From positions 480,001 through 544,000 of the forward strand of contig CAVSGG010000005.1 in the NCBI GenBank assembly GCA_963727455.1: DNA of 64,000 nucleotides, given 5' to 3'. This document shows, one piece after another, positions 19,644-29,656 of this stretch. Source of the stretch: Candidatus Krumholzibacteriota bacterium. GTDB lineage: Bacteria; Krumholzibacteriota; Krumholzibacteriia; JAJRXK01. A program made the position numbers and the translations under genes. Position 1 is the stretch's first letter, and each line of letters opens with the position of its first letter. The notes under the pieces were generated by a model. The model made no database searches. It had not been told where the DNA came from and saw only the letters and a list, made by a program, of their open reading frames with translations.

Positions 19644-20711
19644 ACGCAGAGCCAGGAACTTCAGTACGAAGAATTTTGGTGACGCGACTGCGCTATCTGG
19701 GCGACGTGGTATCTGAGCACGCCTCTGCTGGGTAGCTTGCGCGAGCTCCTTTCCGAAGGCCCGGATCGAGTATCTGACCTTCGCGAGCTACGCTCCGGTT
19801 CTCGCGCATCATCCCTGGGTGGATCAGGTGCACGCATTGCCTGACGAACGCGGGAGTTCTTGCAACCCTGCGCATGGCGGCGAAGCTCCGACGAGCGAAG
19901 TTCGATTGGTGGCTGGATCTTTTCGGCAATCCGCGCAGTGCGCTGCTGTGCGCATTGGCTCGGCCGAGGAATTCGGTGGGACCGGCGCGGGGAATTCGCT
20001 CGCGCTTCTTTGACTACCGTCGCACGGCACCCCAACATTCGCCCTCTGCGATCGTGCACCACCTCGACAAGGCGTCGCCGCTCGTGGGTCGCGCCGCGTC
20101 CGCGTCGCGTGCACCTGCGAGGTGACACCGGGAGAGCTGGAGGCGATCCGCCGAACAGTTTCCCGATTTGAATGGGCCACAGCCCTTGTTGTTGCATCCG
20201 GGCGCGACCTGGCCCAGCAAGGCCTGGCCCGACTCGAAGTGGTCGGCCCTGATCGATGCGCTCGACGCGCGAGCAGCTGGGGCCGATCTGGATTTTGAGC
20301 GCACCCGGGCAAGAGGCGATGAGCGAGAGGATCGTGCGCCAGGCGCTCGCGAGCTGCCGCGTCGTGCCTCCTCTTCCCTTGCGGCCATTGCTGGCGCTCA
20401 TTGCCAGCGCGCGCGCCTACCTGGGAAACGATGGCGGCGTGCTGCACTGTGCGGTCGGGCTTTCCACGCCCACAGTGGGAATCTTCGGGCCCACCGAGCG
20501 CGAGATCTGGTTCCCCCACGAAGAATTCGGCGGACTTCTACTGGTACAGGAGGAGGTGCCGTGCCGGCCCTGCCATCTCCACGAATGCGATCATCTCTCG
20601 TGCTTGCGCGAACTGCCGGTCACGAGGGTCGTCGCGGCGCTGCAGGAGCTCTTCAAGAGCGCGAGAGCGGCTTCGGTGTCGCGCCGGGAAGGCCTGGTGG
20701 TCCATGGCTGA
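19640..20711 (+). CDS. GT9 heptosyltransferase-like protein, several frameshifts
   Basis: ILVTRLRYLGDVV; HPGATWPSKAWP; GNDGGVLHCAVGL.TPTVGIFGPT; CRPC...C....CL. Confidence 0.75.
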
Positions 20712-21739
20712 GCCTCGCCGTGTCCTGATCCTGAGGCGACGAGCGGTGGGAGACATCGTGGTGTCTCTGCCCATGGTCCATGCTCTGCGCCAGCTCTGGC
20801 CGGGCGCGAAGCTCTCGCTGGTGGTGGATCGCATGGCGGCGGAGCTCGTCGAACACTGCCGGGGCGGCGGACGAGGTACTCGTTTACGATCCTCCCGAGA
20901 GCGGCGCGGCGCGCGTCCTCTACGATTTGAAGTGGCTTGGAAAACTGCGCTGCCGCACAGTACGAAGTCACCATCGACCTTCTGGGCACTCCGCAGAGTG
21001 CGCAGTGGACCGAGACTCATTGGATCTCCTCTGCGAGTCGGAAGGAAGAGGCGCTTTCCGCAGCTGGGCCTACAATTACCTGCTCGAGACGGCGCGAAGG
21101 AGCGACTCGCTTCGCCGGTGAGGAAATGTTGGATTTCGCGCGCGCGCTGGGCGCGAGGACTTCGAATTGGCGGCCGGCTCGCTTGCTGCAGGAAGGCGAT
21201 TCCGGTCCGAGCGACCCGCCGCCTCCGGGAAGCGGAGCTTGGGTGATTCTGCATGCGCCCGCGAATTGGAGCGCGAAAGCCTGGCCCCAACGGCATTGGG
21301 TCGAGCTGGTCCGGCGCCTCGCGGCGGTGGGAATGGAGAGGATCGAGATCTCCTGGGGCCCCGGGGAGGAGGGCTTGGCGGGACGGGATTCTGCGAGAGA
21401 GTGGGGAATTGGCGATGGCGATGCCGCCCACTACACTGCTGGAACTCACGCGCCGCATCTCCCGCTGTGATCTGCTCGTGGCGGTGGATAGCGGACCGGC
21501 GCATATCGCCATGGCGGAAGGGACACCGACTCTGACTCTCTTCGGCAGTACCAATGAACGAGGATGGCACCATTCCTACTCCGATCCATCGTGCGCTGAT
21601 GCACGAGGTGGAGTGCCGGCCGTGCGACCTGACCGTGTGTCCCGTGCCGGGACACCCGTGTCTGGAGCTCCTCGAGCCCGAGCGCGTGTGCACGCAAGCG
21701 CTCGAACTGTTGGCGCTAGTAGCGGAGGGGGAGGCGTGA
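20704..21739 (+). CDS. GT9 heptosyltransferase-like protein, several frameshifts
   Basis: LILRRRAVGDIVVSLP; HAPANWSAKAWP; VDSGPAHIAMAEGTPTLTLFGST; CRPCDLTVCP...HPCL. Confidence 0.75.
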
Positions 21740-22581
21740 GTTCCATCGGAGCGATCGTGATCACTTTAAACGAGGAGCGGAACATTCAGCAGTGCCTGAA
21801 GAGCCTCGAGTTTTGTGCGCAGCGTGTGGTCGTGGATTCGTTCAGCGAGGATGACACGGTGCAGCAAGCCTTGCCCCATGCCGACAAGATCTACCGGCGC
21901 CATTTCTCGAGCTGGGGCGAGCAAAAAAATTGGGCTCTGCTGCAACTCGATACCGAATGGGCCCTCATCGTGGATGCGGACGAGCGCGTGGGGCTCTCGC
22001 TCGCGCGGGAGATTCAAGAGGCCACCGAATCGGGCCAGAGTGACGCTTTTTGGATTCGCCGCAGGAATTTTTTCTTCGGACGTCCCATCCGCGGGGCGGG
22101 ATGGGGGCGAGATAGAGTGATGCGGCTCTTGCGCTTGGATGCAGGAACTTACGACCACAGGCAGGTACATGAGGAAATCCAACTCCATCCGGGCAAGCGC
22201 TGTGGGGAACTCGAGCACCGGCTCGATCATTTCTCTTATGAGGACTGGTCCTCCACGTTCGACAGGATGCTGCTCTACAGCAGCCGCGGAGCGGTGGACG
22301 CCCTGGCCTCGGGAAAGAGCGCTTCCATCGGGCGTCTGGCATTCGCACCTAGTCTGCGATTCTGGAAGCAGTACCTCCTGCAGGGAGGATTCCGGGACGG
22401 GGTGCATGGGCTGATTCTCTGTGGCCTCAGCGCATCGCAACTCTTCTTGAAGTTGGCGAAGATGCGCCTGGGAGAAGTTCCCGTCCCCTCGGAGAGCGGT
22501 GTTGCACGAGAGGTGGAGGTCGTGCTGGGACCGAGCCCCCGCGCGCTTGCCCGCAACGATGGTGGAGCCGAGAAGGAGTAG
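21736..22581 (+). CDS. GT2 glycosyltransferase, WaaE/KdtX-like
   Basis: ITLNEERNI..CL.SL, VVDSFSEDDT, QKNWAL, VDADER, VHE, GFRDG..G. Confidence 0.85.
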   Translation: MSSIGAIVITLNEERNIQQCLKSLEFCAQRVVVDSFSEDDTVQQALPHADKIYRRHFSSWGEQKNWALLQLDTEWALIVDADERVGLSLAREIQEATESGQSDAFWIRRRNFFFGRPIRGAGWGRDRVMRLLRLDAGTYDHRQVHEEIQLHPGKRCGELEHRLDHFSYEDWSSTFDRMLLYSSRGAVDALASGKSASIGRLAFAPSLRFWKQYLLQGGFRDGVHGLILCGLSASQLFLKLAKMRLGEVPVPSESGVAREVEVVLGPSPRALARNDGGAEKE

Positions 22582-22582
22582 C

Positions 22583-23365
22583 GTGAGAACCAAACGCGCA
22601 GCAGCCACGAAACTCGCGATGCTACTCTTCGCGTCCGCCTGTCTGGTGGTCGGACTGGTACGGCTATCCTGGGCCGCTCCCGGATTCGGTCCGGGAGAAG
22701 AGGCCGTGTTCAACATCAGCTACGGAGTGATCAGCGCGGGTGAGGGAACTCTCTCCGTGATGCCCTACCTCGACTACGATGGTTCACACTGCTATCACTT
22801 TCGCACGCGCGCGAGGAGCAACCGGTTCTTCAGCGCCATCTTCAGGGTTCGCGATCAGGCTGATTCCTTCATGGACTCGGACTCCCTCGTTACGCGGTAC
22901 TTCAACAAACATCTACGCGAGGGGAGTTTTCGGCGCGACGTGGAGATCCACTTCGATCAGAAACACAACAAGGCCTACTTCCCCGACGGTCGCGTGAATG
23001 ACATTGTCCCTGATACTCAGGACGTGCTCTCTGCCTTCTTCAAAGTGCGCGCAATGAAGCTCGATGTGGGAATGGAGTTCGACGTGCCAACCCACGGCGA
23101 CAAGGAGATGTACCCTTTGAAGGTCAAGGTCCTGCGGCGCGAGACCCTCGACAACGATGCCCTGGGGAAGATCGACTGCATCGTGGTACAACCCTTCCTG
23201 GCTGACGATGGCCTCTTCAAACACGAGGGAGATCTCTTGTTGTGGATGAGCGACGACGAGCGGCACATTCCCGTAAAGATGCGGGCCAATGTTCCGGTCG
23301 GAGCGATCGAGGCCAACCTGATCAGCTACACCCCGCCGACCGTTTTGTCCTCCAGTGGGAACTGA
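22583..23365 (+). CDS. DUF3108-type exported protein
   Basis: Signal peptide; F.PGE...F.ISYG.I.AG; QDVLSAF; LG.IDC..V.P; W.SDDERHIPVK. Confidence 0.75.
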   Translation: MRTKRAAATKLAMLLFASACLVVGLVRLSWAAPGFGPGEEAVFNISYGVISAGEGTLSVMPYLDYDGSHCYHFRTRARSNRFFSAIFRVRDQADSFMDSDSLVTRYFNKHLREGSFRRDVEIHFDQKHNKAYFPDGRVNDIVPDTQDVLSAFFKVRAMKLDVGMEFDVPTHGDKEMYPLKVKVLRRETLDNDALGKIDCIVVQPFLADDGLFKHEGDLLLWMSDDERHIPVKMRANVPVGAIEANLISYTPPTVLSSSGN

Positions 23366-24650
23366 CGTGCGCGAAAGATTCTGTGACGTGGTGATCTTCG
23401 GGGGCGGGTTCGCGGGCTTGTGGATCCTCGATACGCTCGTGCAAGAGGGCTACGACGCTCTTCTGCTGGAATCGCGGGCTCTGGGTACGGGACAGAGCAT
23501 TCAGGCCCAGGGGATCATCCACGGAGGGGGGAAATACGCCCTGCGTGGGGTGGGGGACTTCGCGGCGGTCGAGGCGATTCGTGAGATGCCCGAGCGCTGG
23601 AGGCGAAGCTTGAGTGGACGCGAGCAGCCCGATCTCTCGCGTGCGTTGCTACTTTCCGATGTCTGCCACCTCTTCGTGCCGCGGGCAGGGCTCCTTTCCC
23701 ACCTGAGCGCACACGCCTTCCTGCCCGTAGTGCGCAAGGCGGGTCTCCTACATACCGGACCGGTGAAGCTGGAGTCCAAGGATTGGCCAAGAGCCTTACG
23801 CGGCTCGGCTCGGGCAGTGTACTCGATGGCGGAACCGGTGCTCGCGACGGGATCCGCACTGACCGCCCTCGCCGCCCGGCATCCGCAAAGGCTCCTGCGT
23901 TATGCGCCAGGAGCGTCTCTGGAGAATCTGAAGCTCGATCTGAAGAGAATCGAAGAATATATTGTAGAAATTGAAGATCCGGATGCCCCAGAGCCCCTGC
24001 GCCTGCGTCCCCGCTCCGTGGTCTTCGCGGCCGGGGCAGGCAACGAGGGATTGGTGCAGCGCGCGGAGCGAGGCGAAGCCCCCATGCAAAGGCGGCCGCT
24101 GCGCATGAGCATACTCCGGGGTTCGCTGCCTCCGCTCTACGGGCACATGGTTCGCGGCGGAAAGACGGCGATGACGGTGACCACCCATCCCCTGCAGGCC
24201 GACAGCATGGCTGACAACGCGGGGCAGTGCATCTGGCAGGTGGGAGGCGAGCTTGCCGAGCGTGCCGCTGAGGATGGGGACGGAGCTAGGTTGGAGCGCG
24301 AGTTGCCGCGGCAACTGCGGCGATTCTTTCCCGGAGTGGATTTTTCCCGCGTGCTGATGGCCAGCTATGGGGCGGTGCGTGCGGAAGCCCGCTCGCGAGG
24401 CGAGCGACGTCCCAGCGGGGTGCAGGTCAAAGAGCTGGGCGCGGGGGTGCTGGTCGCCTGGCCGACCAAGATGGCGCTGAGTCCGATTCTCGCGTGGGAG
24501 GTGCAGAGGGAGTTGAGCCGAATGCTTGGCCCACAGGAGCGCAGGGCGGGATTCCCCGCGCCCTCGGCTCCCGCGCTTGGCTGGCCGAGTCCGTCCGTGG
24601 CAAAGTACCCCTGGCAAGAGGAGGGCCTCAGTTGGTGCCCCGTGCGCTAG
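23355..24650 (+). CDS. FAD-dependent oxidoreductase (PA4991-like)
   Basis: GGGFAGLW Rossmann motif; LGTGQSIQAQGIIHGGGKYAL; AAGAGNE; MQRRPL.M; WPTKMALSP. Confidence 0.75.
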   Translation: MGTDVRERFCDVVIFGGGFAGLWILDTLVQEGYDALLLESRALGTGQSIQAQGIIHGGGKYALRGVGDFAAVEAIREMPERWRRSLSGREQPDLSRALLLSDVCHLFVPRAGLLSHLSAHAFLPVVRKAGLLHTGPVKLESKDWPRALRGSARAVYSMAEPVLATGSALTALAARHPQRLLRYAPGASLENLKLDLKRIEEYIVEIEDPDAPEPLRLRPRSVVFAAGAGNEGLVQRAERGEAPMQRRPLRMSILRGSLPPLYGHMVRGGKTAMTVTTHPLQADSMADNAGQCIWQVGGELAERAAEDGDGARLERELPRQLRRFFPGVDFSRVLMASYGAVRAEARSRGERRPSGVQVKELGAGVLVAWPTKMALSPILAWEVQRELSRMLGPQERRAGFPAPSAPALGWPSPSVAKYPWQEEGLSWCPVR

Positions 24651-25423
24651 GCAGGAGCGGACTTCAGGTTTCCAGGGTCGGTTTGGGTACGGTCAAACTG
24701 GGACGCACCAGTGGGGTCAAATATCCCGTGGCATTCGAGCTGCCAAGCGATGCTGAGTTGGATGAGTTTCTGGACGCAGCTTGGGAGATGGGGGTCCGCC
24801 TTTATGACACGGCGCCGGCCTACGGAAGCAGCGAGGAACGGCTGGCCCCCTTCGTGGCGCGGCATCGCCACGAGATGATCCTCTGCACCAAGTGCGGGGA
24901 GGAATTCAGCGAGGAGGGTTCACGCTACGACTTTTCGGCGAAGTCCTTGCGAGCGTCGCTGGAACGAAGTCTGCGCCGGCTCGGTAGCGAGTGCATCGAC
25001 CTCCTCCTTCTGCATTCCAACGGTGAGGACCTCGAGATTCTGAAGGAAACGGACGCGGTCGAAACTCTGCAGAACCTGAAGTCGGAAGGGAAAGCACGGG
25101 CCATCGGCATCTCCGCCAAAACCGAGGAAGGGGTTCGCGCCGCAGCGGAAACCTTGGACGTCGTCATGGCTCCCTACAGCTTGCACGCCCCTAAACTGGC
25201 TGAGGCCTTGCAGTACGTGCACTCCCGAGGGGTTGGGGTGCTGGGAATCAAGGGGCTCTCGAGCGGTCATCTCGCGCTGACGGGGGAAGATGCCACAAAG
25301 CAGGCCCTCCGTCATGTCTTGTCGCGGAGCTTTCTCGATGCACTGATCCTCGGTACAATCAACCGAGATCATTTGGCGCAAGCGGTGCACTTAGCCCAGG
25401 AAATGGATGAGTCCGGCGGGTGA
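24632..25423 (+). CDS. Aldo/keto reductase (PA4992-like)
   Basis: LGRSGLQVSRVGLGTVKLGR..GVKYP, DTAPAYGSSEERL, TKCGEEF, SLERSLRRL, HSNG.D. Confidence 0.85.
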   Translation: MVPRALGRSGLQVSRVGLGTVKLGRTSGVKYPVAFELPSDAELDEFLDAAWEMGVRLYDTAPAYGSSEERLAPFVARHRHEMILCTKCGEEFSEEGSRYDFSAKSLRASLERSLRRLGSECIDLLLLHSNGEDLEILKETDAVETLQNLKSEGKARAIGISAKTEEGVRAAAETLDVVMAPYSLHAPKLAEALQYVHSRGVGVLGIKGLSSGHLALTGEDATKQALRHVLSRSFLDALILGTINRDHLAQAVHLAQEMDESGG

Positions 25424-26981
25424 GATGAAGCAGGCTAGCACTTACTTTCCCGATACCTCAAGGCAACGAAGCCTCGGTGAAGAACGGCTTCCCTTGGCCC
25501 TCTTCCTCATTTTCTTGCTCGGACTCCTGTTGCGAGTGTACGGGCTGTCGCATCAGAGCCTTTGGATCGACGAGATCATCACCTTGCGCCAGGGCCTCGT
25601 TCCCGGGCACGGGCTCTGGGAACAGTTCCTGGACGACTATCACAATCCACTGCCGATGGTGGTGATCACCACTCTGGCTCGGATGAGCCACGCCGAACAG
25701 CTGCTGCGTTTTCCCGGAGCCCTCTTGGGTTCTCTCAGCGTGCTTTTGATCTTCTTCTTGGGAAGGAGGCTTTCCAGCGCGCGGGTGGGCCTCTTGGCCG
25801 CGCTGCTCTTGGCGGTGAATCCCTTCCATATCTTTCACTCGCAGGAACTCCGTGGCTACGCATGGATGATCTTCTTCGGATTGGCCACTGCCTTGGTTGC
25901 CGTGAACACCCGGGACCGGCTCAGCTGGCCGCGCGCAATCCTGCTCGCGGTTTTGGGGATTGCCACTGCTCTGTGCAATCTCGAGGGACTTTTCTGGATG
26001 GGGAGCCTGGCGCTTGCCTGTACGGCCGCGGGGAAAGTGCACCGTCACGACCTCAGGGCTTGGGGTGTGGCCTTCGGTCTCATGGTGCTCGTCACTTCAC
26101 CCTGGTGGACCGGGATCTCTCGCACCCATCACGAGGAGAGGCTCTTGCCGGGTCAGGAGACCGGGATACCCATGCGCGGACAAACCACCCTGGGAAAGTG
26201 GGCCATTCCCTACGCGGGTTTCGTGCTCGCCATGGGAAATACCATGGGTCCGACTCCACTGGAGATTCACGCGGAGAGTGAGGAGACGATCGAGGCGAAG
26301 CCGAGACTCGAGCGACGGCACTGGCCCGCCGTCGCGGGTGTGGCGGGAATCGTGTTGGTCCTCGGAGTGAGCGGGATCGTCGCGCTGCGCTCGCGCACTT
26401 GGCTTCTTCTTCTGTGGGTTGCCCTTCCAGTGTTGGTGGCGGTGTGGCTGGCCGCGCGCAACGTGAAGCCCCTGAATCCGCGCTACTGCATCGCGGCCTT
26501 GCCGGCGCTCATGCTTCTCCTTGCGGCTGGGATCGATGCCCTGCCGCGCAAGACCGCCTTCATGGTTCTCATCGCGTGGCTCGCCTTCTCGGCCGTGGCC
26601 GACTATCGCTATCACTTCGTGCCCCAGTATCAGAGAGAGGACGTGCGAGGAGCGGTCCGACTGGTGGAGGAGCGCGAGGGCCCCAAAGATTTCATCCTCG
26701 CTCCCACCGTCTACCGCGTCTTTCAGTGGTATTATCGAGGCAGCAATCCGGTCGAACCCTACTGGTGGTCGAAAGTGGATCATTCGCTCGCCGACGTCAC
26801 ACGCCGCTTGGATCAGTTGGACCCCGCGCGCAAGTACGCCTGGTACGTGCGCTGCCGCCCGTGGCACGACGATCCCAACGGCTGGCTGCTAGCCTCTTTC
26901 GAAGAAAACTGGCGTTCTCGGGCCCTATTTCGCCTGCCCGGTGTCGAGGTCTACCTCTTCGAGCGCAAGGAGACTCCCTGA
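25407..26981 (+). CDS. GT-C fold membrane glycosyltransferase (PMT/ArnT/GT39-like)
   Basis: SLWIDE, HNPL, LRFP, NPFHIFHSQELRGY and PRY; many TM helices. Confidence 0.78.
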   Translation: MSPAGEMKQASTYFPDTSRQRSLGEERLPLALFLIFLLGLLLRVYGLSHQSLWIDEIITLRQGLVPGHGLWEQFLDDYHNPLPMVVITTLARMSHAEQLLRFPGALLGSLSVLLIFFLGRRLSSARVGLLAALLLAVNPFHIFHSQELRGYAWMIFFGLATALVAVNTRDRLSWPRAILLAVLGIATALCNLEGLFWMGSLALACTAAGKVHRHDLRAWGVAFGLMVLVTSPWWTGISRTHHEERLLPGQETGIPMRGQTTLGKWAIPYAGFVLAMGNTMGPTPLEIHAESEETIEAKPRLERRHWPAVAGVAGIVLVLGVSGIVALRSRTWLLLLWVALPVLVAVWLAARNVKPLNPRYCIAALPALMLLLAAGIDALPRKTAFMVLIAWLAFSAVADYRYHFVPQYQREDVRGAVRLVEEREGPKDFILAPTVYRVFQWYYRGSNPVEPYWWSKVDHSLADVTRRLDQLDPARKYAWYVRCRPWHDDPNGWLLASFEENWRSRALFRLPGVEVYLFERKETP

Positions 26982-27625
26982 TGGCGGCCCAGGCCATCGG
27001 CACGGAAGCCGTGAAGTCGCAGCCGTTGTATGAGGCGGCAAAGCGACTCTTCGACATCCTTGCCGCGACTCTGGGCCTCATCTTCTTTCTGCCCCAGATC
27101 CCGTTTCTGGCGCTCTTGGTGAAATTGGAATCTCCGGGTCCCTTTCTGTTCCGGCAAGAGAGGGTGGGGAAAGACGGCAGTCACTTTTTCTGTTACAAGA
27201 TCCGTTCGATGGTGGACAACGCGGAGCTGCTGAAGCAGAGCCTCTCGCATCTGAACGAAGCCGACGGAGCGGCCTTCAAGATCCGTCGTGATCCCCGCAT
27301 CACGCGGGTCGGACAGTTCGTGCGCCGTTCTTCCCTGGACGAGTTTCCGCAGCTTCTGAACGTTTTGCGCGGAGAGATGTCGGTCGTGGGACCCAGGCCA
27401 CAGGTGCCCGAAGAGGTGGCGCAGTACCGCCCTGAACACCGGGAGCGTCTGCTCGTAAAGCCGGGTTTGACCTGTCTCTGGCAGGTCAGTGGCCGCAACG
27501 ACCTGGACTTCGAGGAGTGGATGCGCATGGATCGCGAGTATGTCGCCAAGAGAGGAATGAAAATGGACATGTGGATCATCCTACACACCCTGCCCGCGGT
27601 GATCGCCCGCAAGGGCGCCTACTAA
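26981..27625 (+). CDS. Priming phosphoglycosyl transferase (bacterial sugar transferase, single domain)
   Basis: KRLFDI, F.QERVG, YKIRSM, DPRITRVG, LDEFPQLLNVLRGEMSVVGPRP, PGLTCLWQVSGR. Confidence 0.9.
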   Translation: MAAQAIGTEAVKSQPLYEAAKRLFDILAATLGLIFFLPQIPFLALLVKLESPGPFLFRQERVGKDGSHFFCYKIRSMVDNAELLKQSLSHLNEADGAAFKIRRDPRITRVGQFVRRSSLDEFPQLLNVLRGEMSVVGPRPQVPEEVAQYRPEHRERLLVKPGLTCLWQVSGRNDLDFEEWMRMDREYVAKRGMKMDMWIILHTLPAVIARKGAY

Positions 27626-27673
27626 AGAGCTGCGCGTGCAATCTTCCATCACAACCGTTTCCTCGATCCGCTG

Positions 27674-28591
27674 ATGACTCCCGCCGCCTCCAGCTCGGGC
27701 AGAGTCTCGGTGTGGCTGCGCTTCACGCGGCCGTTCACCCTCTGGCCTCCGGGTCTGGGAATGGTGAGCGGAGGGCTCACCGCCTTGGGCGCCTATCCGC
27801 GCGAGGCCTTCACCTTGACGATTCTGACCAAGCTCGTTCTGGGCGCCCTCATGGCGGCTGTACTCAACGCCGCCAGTAACGGCATCAATCAGATCTATGA
27901 TTTGAAAGTTGACCGGGTGAACAAGCCCGAGAGAGCACTGGTGACCGGAGAGATGAGCGTGCGCGAGGCCAAGTTTCTCTCGGGGGTTCTCTATCTCATC
28001 GCTTTGATCCTGGCGAGTCTGATCAATTTCCAGTGCTTTCTCTTGGCCGCGATCGCGGCAGTTTTGACCTGGGTCTACTCGGCACCGCCCTTGCGCAGCA
28101 AGCGGCACGGATGGTGGGCCAACATCACCATCGCGGTCCCGCGCGGGCTCCTGCTCAAAGTTTGCGGTTGGGCATCGGTAAAGACCTTCATGGCTTTGGA
28201 GCCCTGGTACATCGGTTCGATCTTCTTCCTCTTTCTACTCGGCGCATCCAGCACCAAGGACTTCGCGGACATGGAAGGGGACCGTCTGGGAGGCTGTGAA
28301 ACTTTGCCCCTGCGCTACGGGGTGCGGCGGGCAGCGTGGATGATCGCCCCCTCTTTCGTGCTTCCTTTCATCATGCTTCCTCTGGGCACATCCCTGGGTA
28401 TTTTGACCGGCAACGGCCTGCTGCTCGACCTTCTGGGGCTCACACTGGCGGCCTGGGGATGCTATACCGTGTATCTTCTGGTGAGGCGTCCCGATGAGCT
28501 CGCGACTACCGAGAATCATCCTTCCTGGACCCACATGTATCTGATGATGATGGCGCTGCAAGTTGGCTTCGCCATCTCATACCTCTTTTGA
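27674..28591 (+). CDS. UbiA-superfamily prenyltransferase (homogentisate prenyltransferase/chlorophyll synthase/DGGGPS-like)
   Basis: RFTRPFTL, NGINQIYDLKVDRVNKPER, YSAPPLR.KR, KDFADMEGD...G.ETLP; multiple TM helices. Confidence 0.85.
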   Translation: MTPAASSSGRVSVWLRFTRPFTLWPPGLGMVSGGLTALGAYPREAFTLTILTKLVLGALMAAVLNAASNGINQIYDLKVDRVNKPERALVTGEMSVREAKFLSGVLYLIALILASLINFQCFLLAAIAAVLTWVYSAPPLRSKRHGWWANITIAVPRGLLLKVCGWASVKTFMALEPWYIGSIFFLFLLGASSTKDFADMEGDRLGGCETLPLRYGVRRAAWMIAPSFVLPFIMLPLGTSLGILTGNGLLLDLLGLTLAAWGCYTVYLLVRRPDELATTENHPSWTHMYLMMMALQVGFAISYLF

Positions 28592-28604
28592 GCTGGGAGA
28601 TTTC

Positions 28605-28988
28605 GTGATCGTCGGGATTGGAGTCGACCTCTGCGAAGTGAGCCGTCTACGTGAACTGGAAGAACGCTACGGCGAGCGCTTCTTAGCTAGGGTATTCACG
28701 GACACCGAGCTGAAGCGCTGCTCGGGTCGCCGGCATCACGAATGTCTCGCGGGACGCTTCGCGGCCAAGGAGGCCGCATTGAAGGCGCTGGGAACCGGAC
28801 TCTCGCAGGGGATCGCCTGGCGCGACGTGGAGCTCACGCGCGGGGAATATCAGGCCCCCACCATCGCCTTTCATCGTCGCGCCCGCGAAATCTTCGAAGC
28901 AGTGGGGGCAAGCAGAGTCGTGGTTTCCGTCAGCCACGACGGGGGGATGGCCATGGCCACCGTAATCCTCGAGGGTGAGGAACGATGA
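28605..28988 (+). CDS. acpS: Holo-ACP synthase (4'-phosphopantetheinyl transferase)
   Basis: GIGVDL, RFL.RVFT..E, LAGRFAAKEAALKALGTG, VSVSHD. Confidence 0.92.
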   Translation: MIVGIGVDLCEVSRLRELEERYGERFLARVFTDTELKRCSGRRHHECLAGRFAAKEAALKALGTGLSQGIAWRDVELTRGEYQAPTIAFHRRAREIFEAVGASRVVVSVSHDGGMAMATVILEGEER

Positions 28989-29656
28989 GCCGGGATCTGA
29001 CGGCTATTTTGGCCTCGGGTGCTTGGTTGCTCGTGGTCCTCGCCGGCGCGGAGTTCGCCCGACGCCGGGGAATGGAACGCGTCGATACCCGCCGCCTGGT
29101 GCACGTTGCCGTGGCGAGCTGGATCGTTCCCACCTTTCTGCTCTATGAAAGTTGGCAGTGGGCTGCCGCGCCCGCCCTGGTCTTCGTGTTCGTCAACGCC
29201 TTCAGCCTGCGTTTTCGCCTGATCAAGAGTGTGGAGATCGACGAGCGCAGTTTGGGAACGGTTTTCTTTCCTCTCAGTGTGGGGGTCCTGACCGTCCTCG
29301 GCTGGCAGGATCCCTGGCGGGCCGTGGCGGCGGCAGGTGTTTTGAGCATGGGGTGGGGCGATGCAGCCGCCTCCTTCGTGGGTCGGCGCTGGGGGCGCCA
29401 CACCTACCATGTGGCGTCGCATCAAAGAAGCCTAGAGGGCTCGCTCGCCATGCTCGTGGTCAGTTGGTTGGCGATTGTGGTAGCGGGTGTCCTTGTCGGC
29501 CCGCAGTTCGGCGGCGGTTGGATCTTGGCCGGATTGCTTGCAGCCTTCGTGGCCACGGTCCTCGAGGGAATCTCACTCGTGGGAACGGACAATCTCCTGG
29601 TTCCGTTTTCGACTTCCGCGGTTTTGGCGCTCTTGCACGGGAGTTTTTGGGGATGA
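28985..29656 (+). CDS. CTP-dependent prenol kinase (VTE5/FOLK/SEC59-like)
   Basis: TRRLVH, LGTVFFP, GWGDAAASFVGRRWG, RSLEGSLAM, E......DNLLVP; multi-TM. Confidence 0.8.
   Translation: MSRDLTAILASGAWLLVVLAGAEFARRRGMERVDTRRLVHVAVASWIVPTFLLYESWQWAAAPALVFVFVNAFSLRFRLIKSVEIDERSLGTVFFPLSVGVLTVLGWQDPWRAVAAAGVLSMGWGDAAASFVGRRWGRHTYHVASHQRSLEGSLAMLVVSWLAIVVAGVLVGPQFGGGWILAGLLAAFVATVLEGISLVGTDNLLVPFSTSAVLALLHGSFWG

Noticed and set aside
14984-21739. Calling the GT9 and gmhB genes pseudogenes
   Set aside because: Motifs are intact across frames and the lesions look like indels, which fits consensus error better; left as frameshifted CDS.
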